This document shows, one piece after another, positions 8,579-18,231 of a stretch of 24,000 nucleotides of DNA. The notes below the pieces were generated by a model. The model ran no database searches. It had not been told where the DNA came from and saw only the letters and a program-made list of their open reading frames with translations. Position 1 is the first letter of the stretch. Each line of letters begins with the position of its first letter. This stretch comes from Candidatus Gallilactobacillus intestinavium. Its GTDB lineage: Bacteria > Bacillota > Bacilli > Lactobacillales > Lactobacillaceae. A program made the position numbers and the translations under genes. Location: contig JADIMP010000066.1 of NCBI GenBank assembly GCA_017694665.1, positions 1 through 24,000 of the forward strand, written 5' to 3'.

Positions 8579-10018
8579 CTATTTTTTAGGATTAGTATTT
8601 TTAGTAAAGCAAGCCAAAAAAATTCCAATAAAACAAATAATTAATGCTGTAAAGAACGCACTGCGATAACCATAAATTGATGCTTTAAGTATCAAATGAT
8701 GTAACTGATTTTGAGAATTTATTGTATGAATATAACGATATATAAAATTGGTTTTTGTAGTAGTTAAAACACTGGTAAAAATGGCAGTAGCAATTGATCC
8801 GGAAACTTGTCGAAAAGTATTATTAATTGCGCTGCCTTGACTAATTTGGTCTTGAGACAAAGCGTTGATACTAGCTGTAGTAGAAGGCATTAAAATGAAG
8901 GAAACTCCAATAATTCGAATTGTATACATGATGATAATTCTCAAGATGGATGTATGAGCGTTGATAAAGACAAAATCAAAAGTTCCAAATGCCAGAATAA
9001 TAGTACCAGCTAAAATAACTTTTTTAGGACCGAATTTATCTAAAAATTTGCCAGCTACAGGACTTAATAATCCCATACAAATGGCTCCTGGCAATAAGAC
9101 TAATCCAGATTGAAGAGGAGTTAATTTATGAACAATTTGTAAATATAAAGGAATAATTAATTCAATACCGATAAAAGACATTCTAGCAATTGCACCAACA
9201 GTAGAATTTATTGTAAAAGGTTTGATTTTTAATAATTTAATATTTAGAAATGGATTAGATAATTTGGTTTGACGATGGAAGAATAACGTTAAAACAATGA
9301 TTGCTATTATTAAACATAAAATAACTGTATGATTTGTCCAAGAACTTTTACCAACGTATGAAAAACCATATAGTAATGATCCAAAACCGATAACAGATAA
9401 AATGCCTGAATACCAATCTAAACTGTTAGCTTTGTTTGGCATAATGTTTCTCATATAAATAGTAGATAAAATTAAATCTAAAATAATTAATGGAATTAAA
9501 ATTTGGAATAATAAATGCCAAGAGTAGTGCATTAAAATCCATCCAGATAGACAAGGTCCGATTGCAGGAGCAAAACCAATTGCTAGGCCACGTATGCCCA
9601 TAATAAATCCACGTTTATTAATGGGGTACATATACATTGTCATAGCCTGCGTTAATGGTAAAACTACACCGCCTCCCATAGCTTGTAAAATTCTTCCTAT
9701 TAATAAACATGGAAAATTATCTACTATACAGCAAATGACAGTTCCTATGGAAAAAATTACCATTGCAGATAAATACAAACTCCTACTGTTAAATCGATCC
9801 ATCAACCATCCAGTGATTGGAATCATAACTCCCATCATTAAAAGATAACCTGTGTTTAACCATTGAATTGTATTTACAGAAACGTTGAAATCTTTCATTA
9901 ATGAAGGCAATGCGGTGGTAAGTAATGTTTGTGGCAAAAAGCAAACAAAAACTCCTAAAATACCAATTGCATTAATCACGTTGCGATTATATTTTTTACC
10001 GTAAACGTCTGTTTGCAT
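8579..10018 (-). CDS. DHA2 family MFS transporter (EmrB/QacA-like multidrug exporter)
   Basis: 479 aa, around 14 TM segments, motif A-like 'GWLMDRFNSRSLYL', 'GRILQAMGGGVVLPLTQ', 'GPCLSGWILMHYSWHLLF'. Confidence 0.9.
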   Translation of the reverse strand: MQTDVYGKKYNRNVINAIGILGVFVCFLPQTLLTTALPSLMKDFNVSVNTIQWLNTGYLLMMGVMIPITGWLMDRFNSRSLYLSAMVIFSIGTVICCIVDNFPCLLIGRILQAMGGGVVLPLTQAMTMYMYPINKRGFIMGIRGLAIGFAPAIGPCLSGWILMHYSWHLLFQILIPLIILDLILSTIYMRNIMPNKANSLDWYSGILSVIGFGSLLYGFSYVGKSSWTNHTVILCLIIAIIVLTLFFHRQTKLSNPFLNIKLLKIKPFTINSTVGAIARMSFIGIELIIPLYLQIVHKLTPLQSGLVLLPGAICMGLLSPVAGKFLDKFGPKKVILAGTIILAFGTFDFVFINAHTSILRIIIMYTIRIIGVSFILMPSTTASINALSQDQISQGSAINNTFRQVSGSIATAIFTSVLTTTKTNFIYRYIHTINSQNQLHHLILKASIYGYRSAFFTALIICFIGIFLACFTKNTNPKK

Positions 10019-10104
10019 TTTATCTCCTTTTTAAATTATATTAATGTTTTTATAATTCTATAATTGATTAATCTAATTCATTTAAATAATAGTTGTCAAA
10101 TTTA

Positions 10105-10134
10105 TTGATAAGTAAACAATAATTTTGATATACT
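10105..10134 (+). promoter_or_regulatory. Putative sigma-A promoter for rpsB-tsf
   Basis: TTGATA (10105-10110), 18-nt spacer, TATACT (10129-10134). Implies a leader of roughly 100 nt before rpsB. Confidence 0.5.
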
Positions 10135-10245
10135 AATAAACGGCTTTTGCCAATTCACACTTATCAGGATGATTTGAATGTTGCTTATATAAGTTGTCAA
10201 ATTATTGAATGATAGGGAGGAAATAAACAAACGGAGGAAAATAAC

Positions 10246-11043
10246 ATGTCTGTTATTTCAATGAAACAATTATTAGAGGCCGGTGTTCATTTTGGTCATC
10301 AAACAAGAAGATGGAATCCTAAAATGAAACCTTACATTTTTACAGAAAGAAATGGAATTTATATTGTTGATTTACAAAAGACTGTAAAAATGGTTGATGT
10401 GGCTTACAACTTTATTAAAGAACAAGCTGCTAATGATGCTAACATTTTATTTGTTGGTACTAAAAAGCAAGCACAAGATTCAATTGAAGAATCTGCTAAG
10501 AAATGTGGTATGTACTATATTAATCATCGTTGGTTAGGTGGTACATTAACTAATTGGAATACTATTCAAAAAAGAATTAAAAGATTAAAGCAACTTAAAA
10601 AAATGGAAGAAGATGGTACTTTTGAACGTCTTCCTAAGAAAGAAGTTGCTGTATTAACAAAACAACGTGAAAAATTAGAAAAATTCTTAGGTGGAATTGA
10701 GGACATGCCTGGTTTGCCAGATGTATTATTCATCGTTGACCCACATAAAGAACAGATTGCTGTTAAGGAAGCTAATAAATTAAATATTCCTGTTGTAGCA
10801 ATGGTTGACACTAATACTGATCCTGATGATATCGATTATATTATTCCATCTAATGATGATGCTATTCGTGCTATTAAATTAATTACAGGTAAAATGGCAG
10901 ATGCTGTAATTGAAGGACGCCAAGGAGAAGATAGCATTTCTGAAGATGATTTTGAAAGTGAAGAATCTGAAAATGAATCTAAAGATATAGAAGATTCTCC
11001 AGCAGCAGAAGATTCTGAAGAAAATGATGATAATGAAGAATAA
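10246..11043 (+). CDS. rpsB: 30S ribosomal protein S2
   Basis: '[41 protein letters not shown]' and '[13 protein letters not shown]'. Strong GGAGG RBS. Confidence 0.98.
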   Translation: MSVISMKQLLEAGVHFGHQTRRWNPKMKPYIFTERNGIYIVDLQKTVKMVDVAYNFIKEQAANDANILFVGTKKQAQDSIEESAKKCGMYYINHRWLGGTLTNWNTIQKRIKRLKQLKKMEEDGTFERLPKKEVAVLTKQREKLEKFLGGIEDMPGLPDVLFIVDPHKEQIAVKEANKLNIPVVAMVDTNTDPDDIDYIIPSNDDAIRAIKLITGKMADAVIEGRQGEDSISEDDFESEESENESKDIEDSPAAEDSEENDDNEE

Positions 11044-11069
11044 TTTAATTTAATTTTGGAGGAATAAAA

Positions 11070-11945
11070 ATGGCAATTACAGCTAAACAAGTAAAATCTT
11101 TACGTGATAAAACTGGTGTTGGTATGATGGACGCCAAAAAAGCTTTAGTAGAAGCTGATGGTGATGAAGCTAAGGCTTTAGATATTTTACGTGAAAAGGG
11201 GATAGCTAAGGCTGCTAAAAAAAGTGATCGTGTGGCTGCAGATGGATCAACTAGTGTTTATGTAGATGGTAATCGTGCTGCTATTATTGAATTGAATTCT
11301 GAAACTGACTTTGTAGCTTCAAACGATAATTTTAAGAATTTATTGAATACTATTGCAGAAGCAATTGCTAAAAACAATCCTTCTACTGTCGATGATGTTT
11401 TAAAATTAAAAGATAGTGAAGGTAATACAATTAATGATGATATTATTTCAACTACTCAAGTAACTGGTGAAAAGATTAGTTTACGTCGTTTTAAAGTTGT
11501 TGAAAAAACAGATGATCAAGTGTTTGGTTCTTATATTCATATGGGCGGAGCAATTGCTGCTTTAGTTGTTCTAGATGGTAATGATGCTGAAGCTGCTAAA
11601 GATGTAGCTATGCATGTTGCTGCCATTAATCCTGAATATAGAGATCGTAATGATGTTCCTGCTGATAAGCTTAATCATGAAAAAGAAGTTTTAGCTAATG
11701 AAGATGATTTAAACGGTAAACCTGATAATATTAAAGAAAAAATTATTGAAGGCCGTTTAAATAAGTGGTTATCTGAAATTTCTTTAAATGATCAACCATT
11801 TGTTAAAGATACTGATCAAACGGTTAGCCAATATTTAGATTCTAAAAATTGTAAACTAGCTTCATTTATTCGTTATCAAGTAGGTGAAGGAATTGAAAAG
11901 AAAGATGACGATTTTGTAAGCGAAGTAATGAATCAAATTAAATAA
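11070..11945 (+). CDS. tsf: Translation elongation factor Ts
   Basis: '[37 protein letters not shown]', then '[12 protein letters not shown]'. Confidence 0.98.
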   Translation: MAITAKQVKSLRDKTGVGMMDAKKALVEADGDEAKALDILREKGIAKAAKKSDRVAADGSTSVYVDGNRAAIIELNSETDFVASNDNFKNLLNTIAEAIAKNNPSTVDDVLKLKDSEGNTINDDIISTTQVTGEKISLRRFKVVEKTDDQVFGSYIHMGGAIAALVVLDGNDAEAAKDVAMHVAAINPEYRDRNDVPADKLNHEKEVLANEDDLNGKPDNIKEKIIEGRLNKWLSEISLNDQPFVKDTDQTVSQYLDSKNCKLASFIRYQVGEGIEKKDDDFVSEVMNQIK

Positions 11946-11987
11946 TTTCAAAAAAATGCGTACTTACGTACGCTTTTTTTTTGAAAT
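11945..11987 (+). terminator. Terminator or attenuator between tsf and pyrH
   Basis: GCGTAC-TTAC-GTACGC core (11958-11973) flanked by A7/T9 tracts and an ATTTC/GAAAT extension. Confidence 0.75.
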
Positions 11988-12001
11988 CAAGGAGTTAAAT
12001 T

Positions 12002-12727
12002 ATGAGTGATATAAAATATAAAAGAATAATGCTAAAATTAAGTGGAGAAGCATTAGCAGGAGATAAGGGATTTGGTATTTACCCACCTAAAATTAAAAAA
12101 GTAGCAGAGGAATTAAAAGATGTTTATGCTTTAGGTGTTCAAATAGCTATTGTTGTTGGTGGTGGAAATATTTGGCGTGGCGAAGCTGGATCAGAAATGG
12201 GAATGGAACGTTCTCAAGCTGATTATGTTGGTATGTTAGCAACTATTATGAATGCATTAGCTTTACAAGATAGTTTGGAACAAATTGGGATTCCCACGAG
12301 AGTTCAAACTTCTATTGAAATGAGACAAATAGCTGAACCTTATATACGTCGTAAGGCAATTCGTCATTTAGAAAAAGAGAGAATTGTTATTTTTGCTGGT
12401 GGAACTGGATCGCCATACTTTTCTACTGATACCACTGCAGCATTACGAGCTGCTGAAATTAATGCAGATGCTATTTTAATGGCGAAGAATGGTACAGATG
12501 GAATTTATTCAGCGGATCCAAATAAAGATGACAGTGCAATTAAATATACTGAATTAACTCATAAAGATATTCTTGATAAAAACTTACATGTAATGGATAC
12601 TACTGCTACATCGTTGTCTATGGAAAATAATATTCCTTTAGTTGTGTTTAACTTTAATAAATCAGGTAATGTGTTAAAAGTAGTTAAAGGTGATAATAGT
12701 ATTGGAACTACTGTAAAAGGAGAGTAA
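12002..12727 (+). CDS. pyrH: UMP kinase
   Basis: '[20 protein letters not shown]', '[13 protein letters not shown]', '[20 protein letters not shown]'. Confidence 0.98.
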   Translation: MSDIKYKRIMLKLSGEALAGDKGFGIYPPKIKKVAEELKDVYALGVQIAIVVGGGNIWRGEAGSEMGMERSQADYVGMLATIMNALALQDSLEQIGIPTRVQTSIEMRQIAEPYIRRKAIRHLEKERIVIFAGGTGSPYFSTDTTAALRAAEINADAILMAKNGTDGIYSADPNKDDSAIKYTELTHKDILDKNLHVMDTTATSLSMENNIPLVVFNFNKSGNVLKVVKGDNSIGTTVKGE

Positions 12728-12729
12728 TT

Positions 12730-13293
12730 ATGACAGATAAAAATAATATTTTACAGACTGCTAAAGAAAAAATGAAGAAAGCTGAAGACGCTTTTTCTCA
12801 TGAATTAGGCTCTATTCGTGCAGGTAGAGCTAATGCAGGTTTATTATCTGATATTAAAGCGGATTATTATGGGGTAGAAACACCAATTAATCAAATGGCT
12901 TCAATTACGATTCCAGAAAGTCGAGTTTTAATGGTTACTCCTTTTGATAAAAGTAGTTTAAAGGCTATTGAACACGCTATTTTAATTTCTGATTTAGGAA
13001 TTAATCCTGAGAATGATGGGGAAACAATTCGTTTAGTTATACCTCAGCTAACTGAAGAATCACGTAAAGATTTGGTTAAACAGGTTAAAGCTAAAATGGA
13101 AGATGCTAAAAATACGGTTCGTGGTGTCAGACGGGAAGGTAGAGATAATTTAAAGAAAGCTCATAATAATAGTGATATTACAGATGATGAACAATATGAT
13201 TTGGAAAAACAGTTACAAAATTTAACTGATGAGTCAATTAAAAATGTAGAAAAAATTGCAGAAGATAAAGAAAAAGAATTAATGAATGATTAG
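12730..13293 (+). CDS. frr: Ribosome recycling factor
   Basis: 'LGSIRAGRANAGLLSDIKADYYGVETPINQMASITIPESRVLMVTPFDKS'. Confidence 0.97.
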   Translation: MTDKNNILQTAKEKMKKAEDAFSHELGSIRAGRANAGLLSDIKADYYGVETPINQMASITIPESRVLMVTPFDKSSLKAIEHAILISDLGINPENDGETIRLVIPQLTEESRKDLVKQVKAKMEDAKNTVRGVRREGRDNLKKAHNNSDITDDEQYDLEKQLQNLTDESIKNVEKIAEDKEKELMND

Positions 13294-13304
13294 TTTGTTA
13301 TTTA

Positions 13305-13342
13305 AAATCTAAAACCATTGTAAATATGGCTTTAGATTTTTT
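13305..13342 (+). terminator. Rho-independent terminator downstream of frr
   Basis: AAATCTAAAACCAT / ATGGCTTTAGATTT with one mismatch, then a T-run. Confidence 0.7.
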
Positions 13343-13368
13343 ATTAGCTATTATTTAAAGGTATTAAT

Positions 13369-15033
13369 ATGAAAAATAAAAATTATTTATTGAAAAATTT
13401 AGGAATAATTATTAGTTTTGCTTTTTTTAGTTGTTTATTTGTTTATCCATTTTTAAAAACAGGTCACTTTTTTTTAGGAGATGATATTGCATATCATTTC
13501 AACCGTATTAACGAATTAGTATATGATATTCGTCATGGAAATTGGTATCCATATTTTTATTCTCATAATTTTGATAAAGTTAATTTTCCGTTAGGTATTT
13601 TTTATCCACAAATAACATTAATTCCTTTTGCTGTATTAGTTATTGTTACAGGAAGTTATGTTAAAGGTATTTATTTTACTTACGCTTTAATAATGTTTGT
13701 TGCTTTATGTTTAACTTTCATTGTAAGTAAAAAAGTAACTAAAAGTAATATTTCATCATTTTTTACTGCAGTTATTTATGGTTTTAGTTTGTATTTTTCT
13801 TTGAATGCTTATACTAGATTTGATGTTGGCGAATTCATAGCTATGGCATTTTTACCATTAGTGTTATATGGATTTTATGCTACGTTATGTGGTAATTATC
13901 ATGATTGGCCGTATCTTGCTTTTGGTCTATCTTTTGTTATGTTGACCCATGTTTTAAGTACTTTTATTGATGTGCTGTTCATGTTTATTATTTTTATTGG
14001 GTTGATTTGGCAAGCGAAAGACAAAAAGAGAAGAATAATATCGTTTATAAAATCTGTAGGAATTTTTTTATGTAGTTCTGCAATATTTTTAATTCCGTTT
14101 ATGGAGCAAGAACATTTTCAAAAATTTAACAAACCTACACCAACTATACTCATAGGTATGCCTTTAGATAAAATTATCATATCCATGTTGGATAATTCAA
14201 TGACTAAGGATGGAACGTATACAGTTGGATTAATTGGATTAATAATTATTATATTAGGAATAATATTTTATAAAAGATTAAGTAAGTTAAATCGTTTTTC
14301 TTTAATTACAAGTGTATTTTTAATTCTATGTACAAGTTCTGTTTTACCTGTGTTTATTTTGAATAAGACGTTTATTAATGTTATTCAATTTATGTTTAGA
14401 ATTTTAGGAATTTCTACATTTTTATTAGCTATTGTAGGTGGACAAATAGCATCTATATTAATTAATCGAAATAATAGAAATGCACGTAAAAAATTATTAT
14501 TGATTACTTTAATGACTATTGCAATTATTTGTCCTTGGTATTCATCGGTACATATGTATAAAGAAACTAATCCTATTTTATTAAAAAAAGATTATTTTCA
14601 AACGGATCCTCCTTATGCTACTGCTTGGTATTTAGATCAATATATGCCTGCTAAGAGTATGCATATATTTAAAGATATTAAGAAACATGTTGCTTTAGCA
14701 GATAATAAAAAAATTAAATTATCAGAATCTAAAAATATTAAAAGTATAAACAATGGAATTATTTTTAAAAGTAGAAAATTTAATAAAATTCATAAATTAT
14801 CTTTACCTGTTCCTGTTTATACAAACGAAAAGGTAAAATTAAATAATAGGAGTATTAATTTTAATATTAGTAAACAACACACTATTCAATTGTCTAACGT
14901 TAATTTAACTAAGAATTCGCAAATTAAGGTTTATTATCGCATGAGTATGTTTGATAAATTAGGTATAATTTTAAGCTTGTTAACTTGGATTATAGGTATT
15001 TGTTGGTTAATTAAACATAAATTAATGAATTAA
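13369..15033 (+). CDS. YfhO-like / GT-C-like multi-pass membrane protein (intact paralog of the split gene at 1139-2941)
   Basis: 554 aa, many TM helices. 'GDDIAYHFNRINELVYDIRHGNWYPYFYSHNFDKVNFPLGIFYPQ' resembles 'RADAFFHLNRVEEIYQNLKHGTLLTFIATHTFQKTGVGNFLFYPD' in the left locus. Confidence 0.7.
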   Translation: MKNKNYLLKNLGIIISFAFFSCLFVYPFLKTGHFFLGDDIAYHFNRINELVYDIRHGNWYPYFYSHNFDKVNFPLGIFYPQITLIPFAVLVIVTGSYVKGIYFTYALIMFVALCLTFIVSKKVTKSNISSFFTAVIYGFSLYFSLNAYTRFDVGEFIAMAFLPLVLYGFYATLCGNYHDWPYLAFGLSFVMLTHVLSTFIDVLFMFIIFIGLIWQAKDKKRRIISFIKSVGIFLCSSAIFLIPFMEQEHFQKFNKPTPTILIGMPLDKIIISMLDNSMTKDGTYTVGLIGLIIIILGIIFYKRLSKLNRFSLITSVFLILCTSSVLPVFILNKTFINVIQFMFRILGISTFLLAIVGGQIASILINRNNRNARKKLLLITLMTIAIICPWYSSVHMYKETNPILLKKDYFQTDPPYATAWYLDQYMPAKSMHIFKDIKKHVALADNKKIKLSESKNIKSINNGIIFKSRKFNKIHKLSLPVPVYTNEKVKLNNRSINFNISKQHTIQLSNVNLTKNSQIKVYYRMSMFDKLGIILSLLTWIIGICWLIKHKLMN

Positions 15034-15035
15034 TT

Positions 15036-15072
15036 AAAAATAGCTTTATCAATTAATGATAAAGCTATTTTT
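15036..15072. terminator. Shared bidirectional terminator between the convergent membrane-protein genes
   Basis: Perfect 16-bp stem AAAAATAGCTTTATCA / TGATAAAGCTATTTTT. Confidence 0.9.
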
Positions 15073-16560
15073 ATTATGAATTTTTTGATAGTTATTTGAA
15101 TAAATGAGAAATAATGGTAAAAATTGAATTAAATATCTAGATCTTCCTCCTTCAAAAAATAATAAGAATAATAGTCCACCCATAATTCCTAATTTAATAA
15201 TAACGTCAATGACATTTTTATTTTTCCAATTTAATGAATTACGCAATATAATACATAAAATAACGATCCACCATAGTTGACATAAAATAAAAGTTTTATT
15301 TAAGTTTTTACCATTTTTATATAAAAACGAAACAATAAAATTATTGATTTTTCCTTTAACTGGATGACTATCTATCATGGTTGTACCTTCTTTTTGCCAT
15401 CCCATAGATCCATCAAACGTATTTAAATAATTTTTTTGAATAAAAAATTTAATTAGTGAAGATGGTTTAGTTTTAGTAAATCTATTAACAATAATCTTTT
15501 GAGATTGCTTTTTAATGAAAAACGTGGAACGACCTCTATCGCTGTTGACTAATTGTGGATTATAACCACCATCACCAGTAATGCCCATAGCAAGAAAGTG
15601 ATTGGGGGGGAAGCTAGTATTTTTAATTATCTTATATGTTGATTGGTGTTTAATGTATATTTGATTAACTTTAGTAATCGCAACAAAACTACATGTTGAA
15701 ATTAATAAAATGATTAAACTCTTTAATAAATTTTTCTTATTAATGTACATTAAACCAACAAAAAATGCTGCAAATAAAACTATTATTGCAGAAGGTTTAA
15801 TTAAATAAGTAATTCCTACACTTAATCCAAGTAGTATTGAATAAATTATTTTATGAGTTTTATGTTTTTCTAATTTATTTATTAATTGAGTTAAAAATAA
15901 AATGATTAATGAAACAAAGGGTAAAACAAAATTGTCGCTGTAAGAGATAAATAGATTGGGAAAAAATAATATCCAAGTAAATTCTATATATGCCATATTA
16001 GCTACTTTTGATGGGCTAATTAGATGAACTGTAAATAAATTAATTAATGCTGATAAGTAAACACAAATTAATGCGGAAATATTTAAAAATGTCCAAGATA
16101 TGTTTTGATGAATTAAATTTTTAATATCGTGAAAAAATAAGATTATGAATAAATTATTAGGTGATTGACTAATATATTGGTGCATAAACTTATTATGTAC
16201 TAATTCATGATAATTATTCATATTTATTAATTGATGAATTGCATAGGGATCCCAAAATGATATAGATACTTTGATTCTTGTTATAACAATCAATTGAATA
16301 ATAAATAGAATAGCTAATAGTGATAGTGATGTTTTTAGTTTATGATCAATAAAAATATATTTACATAATTTTTTAACAGGTAAAACATAATAAACTATTA
16401 AGAAAGATAGAATTATAGTTAGGGGTAATAAGAGCAATAATTTACTATGAAATAATAATTGAAAATGTGAATTGATAAATGCTCCAATAAGTATAATAAC
16501 CATCCAAAAAGTAAAAAGAATATTAATTACATTAAAAACAAAATTACGTATTTTGACCAT
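15049..16560 (-). CDS. Polytopic membrane protein, probable GT-C/GT39-like glycosyltransferase
   Basis: 503 aa with around 10 or more hydrophobic segments, early luminal-loop acidic motif 'ISFWDPYAI', and 'SFPPNHFLAMGITGDGGYNPQ'. Function is inferred from architecture only. Confidence 0.6.
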   Translation of the reverse strand: MVKIRNFVFNVINILFTFWMVIILIGAFINSHFQLLFHSKLLLLLPLTIILSFLIVYYVLPVKKLCKYIFIDHKLKTSLSLLAILFIIQLIVITRIKVSISFWDPYAIHQLINMNNYHELVHNKFMHQYISQSPNNLFIILFFHDIKNLIHQNISWTFLNISALICVYLSALINLFTVHLISPSKVANMAYIEFTWILFFPNLFISYSDNFVLPFVSLIILFLTQLINKLEKHKTHKIIYSILLGLSVGITYLIKPSAIIVLFAAFFVGLMYINKKNLLKSLIILLISTCSFVAITKVNQIYIKHQSTYKIIKNTSFPPNHFLAMGITGDGGYNPQLVNSDRGRSTFFIKKQSQKIIVNRFTKTKPSSLIKFFIQKNYLNTFDGSMGWQKEGTTMIDSHPVKGKINNFIVSFLYKNGKNLNKTFILCQLWWIVILCIILRNSLNWKNKNVIDVIIKLGIMGGLLFLLFFEGGRSRYLIQFLPLFLIYSNNYQKIHNKNSFIIN

Positions 16561-16686
16561 TATATTGATAAATAATAAACTCCTATCATTAATGTTACAT
16601 TTGAATTATACGAATTATATATAATAATGAAAAGATGTTTTATTTTTGATAGACTGATACATGTATAAATTTAAAAGGCTAATATC

Positions 16687-17421
16687 ATGAATAAGGAATT
16701 GAAAAATGAGGTACCTAAACATGTAGCAATTATTATGGATGGAAATGGACGTTGGGCTAAAAAACGTCATTTGCCTAGAATTGCTGGACATAAGAAGGGT
16801 ATGGAAATTATTAAAAATATAACTAAAGCTGCTAATCGTTTGGGGATTAAAGTATTAACAGTTTACGCATTTTCTACAGAGAATTGGCAGCGATCTCAAG
16901 AAGAAGTTAGTTATTTGATGAAATTACCTATAATTTTTTTTAATAGTTTTGTTCCTGAATTAATTAAAGAAAATGTTAGGGTAAATATTATGGGTTATGT
17001 TAATCAATTGCCCAACGATACTCAAAAAGCAATAAGTGCGGCTATACAACAAACTAGTCGTTGTGATGGAATGATTTTGAATATCGCTTTAAATTATGGG
17101 GGACATGATGAACTAGTAACTGCTTTTAAATTAATGGCAACGGATTTGCAAAAGGGCAAATTAACTATTGATCAGATAGATCAAAATTTAGTATCAGATT
17201 ATTTAATGACTCATGAATTAAAACCGTACGATAATCCAGAATTAATGATTCGAACAAGTGGTGAACAAAGAATATCTAATTTTCTCTTATGGCAATTAGC
17301 ATATAGTGAATTTATGTTTACTGATACTTATTGGCCAGATTTTACAGCAGAAGAGTTTTATGAGTTAATTCATGCATATCAAAAACGCGATCGACGTTTT
17401 GGAAAAATTAAAGATGAATGA
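16687..17421 (+). CDS. uppS: Isoprenyl transferase (undecaprenyl diphosphate synthase)
   Basis: 'HVAIIMDGNGRWAKKRHLPRIAGHKKG', 'YAFSTENWQRS', 'LMIRTSGEQRISNFLLWQLAYSEFMFTDTYWPDF'. Confidence 0.98.
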   Translation: MNKELKNEVPKHVAIIMDGNGRWAKKRHLPRIAGHKKGMEIIKNITKAANRLGIKVLTVYAFSTENWQRSQEEVSYLMKLPIIFFNSFVPELIKENVRVNIMGYVNQLPNDTQKAISAAIQQTSRCDGMILNIALNYGGHDELVTAFKLMATDLQKGKLTIDQIDQNLVSDYLMTHELKPYDNPELMIRTSGEQRISNFLLWQLAYSEFMFTDTYWPDFTAEEFYELIHAYQKRDRRFGKIKDE

Positions 17422-17435
17422 TTAGGAGATTACTT

Positions 17436-18221
17436 ATGAAAACACGTGTAATAACTGCAGTTGTAGCATTAGCTATATTTATTCCAATTATTTTGTTAGG
17501 TGGCTTTTGGATTGAATTAGCGGCAATGGTATTGAGTATTATTGCTGTGGGAGAAATTGGTCTAATGAAAAAACGTTTTGCAGTATCATTTGAAATGATG
17601 ATTGCAGCTTTAGGAACTTTAAGTATTGTTGTTTCTTCCAAGTATTTATCGTTTTTACCTAAGAGTTTTAATAATAATGCTTTGTTTTTAACTTTTATGT
17701 TTATTTTGTTAATTTATACAGTTGTAACTCATAATAATTTTTCATTTGATGATGCTGGTATTTTAACTTTAGGTATGATTTATGTTGGTGTGGGTTTTCA
17801 TTATTTAGTACAAGCTAGAAGTGTTGGATTAACAACTTTGTTATATTTGCTTATTATTGTTTGGTCAACAGATTCAGGAGCATATTTAATTGGTAGAAAA
17901 ATTGGTCAACATAAATTTGCTCCACGTCTTAGCCCTAACAAGACATGGGAAGGATCGTTAGGAGGAATTATTGTTGCAGTTATTATTAGTTTAATTTGGA
18001 TACTAATTTTTCCACAAAAATATGGCATTTTTTCAATGTTATTTTTAACTGTAATTTTGAGTATTGGTGATGAGTTAGGCGATTTAATTGAATCCGCCTT
18101 GAAGCGTTTTTATGGAGTAAAAGACTCTGGAAAAATTTTACCTGGACATGGTGGTATTTTGGATCGTTTTGATAGTCTATTATTGGTTTTACCATTAGCA
18201 CATTTATTTGGATTAATTTAA
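17436..18221 (+). CDS. cdsA: Phosphatidate cytidylyltransferase
   Basis: 'STDSGAYLIGRKIGQHKFAPRLSPNKTWEGSLGG' and 'SIGDELGDLIESALKRFYGVKDSGKILPGHGGILDRFDS'. AGGAG at 17424 supports the ATG at 17436 over the track start at 17418. Confidence 0.95.
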   Translation: MKTRVITAVVALAIFIPIILLGGFWIELAAMVLSIIAVGEIGLMKKRFAVSFEMMIAALGTLSIVVSSKYLSFLPKSFNNNALFLTFMFILLIYTVVTHNNFSFDDAGILTLGMIYVGVGFHYLVQARSVGLTTLLYLLIIVWSTDSGAYLIGRKIGQHKFAPRLSPNKTWEGSLGGIIVAVIISLIWILIFPQKYGIFSMLFLTVILSIGDELGDLIESALKRFYGVKDSGKILPGHGGILDRFDSLLLVLPLAHLFGLI

Positions 18222-18231
18222 GGATTTTTAT

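Noticed and set aside
9594-9848. Plus-strand 84-aa ORF inside the MFS gene
   Set aside because: Antisense to a clearly coding transporter, with no recognisable domain.
10566-11090. Minus-strand ORFs 10566-10811 and 10836-11090
   Set aside because: Fully antisense to rpsB and the tsf start. Ser/Leu-rich translations are typical mirror artefacts, with no RBS or family motif.
17408-18201. Minus-strand ORFs 17408-17641 and 17986-18201
   Set aside because: Antisense to cdsA, which has unambiguous signature motifs. No RBS context.
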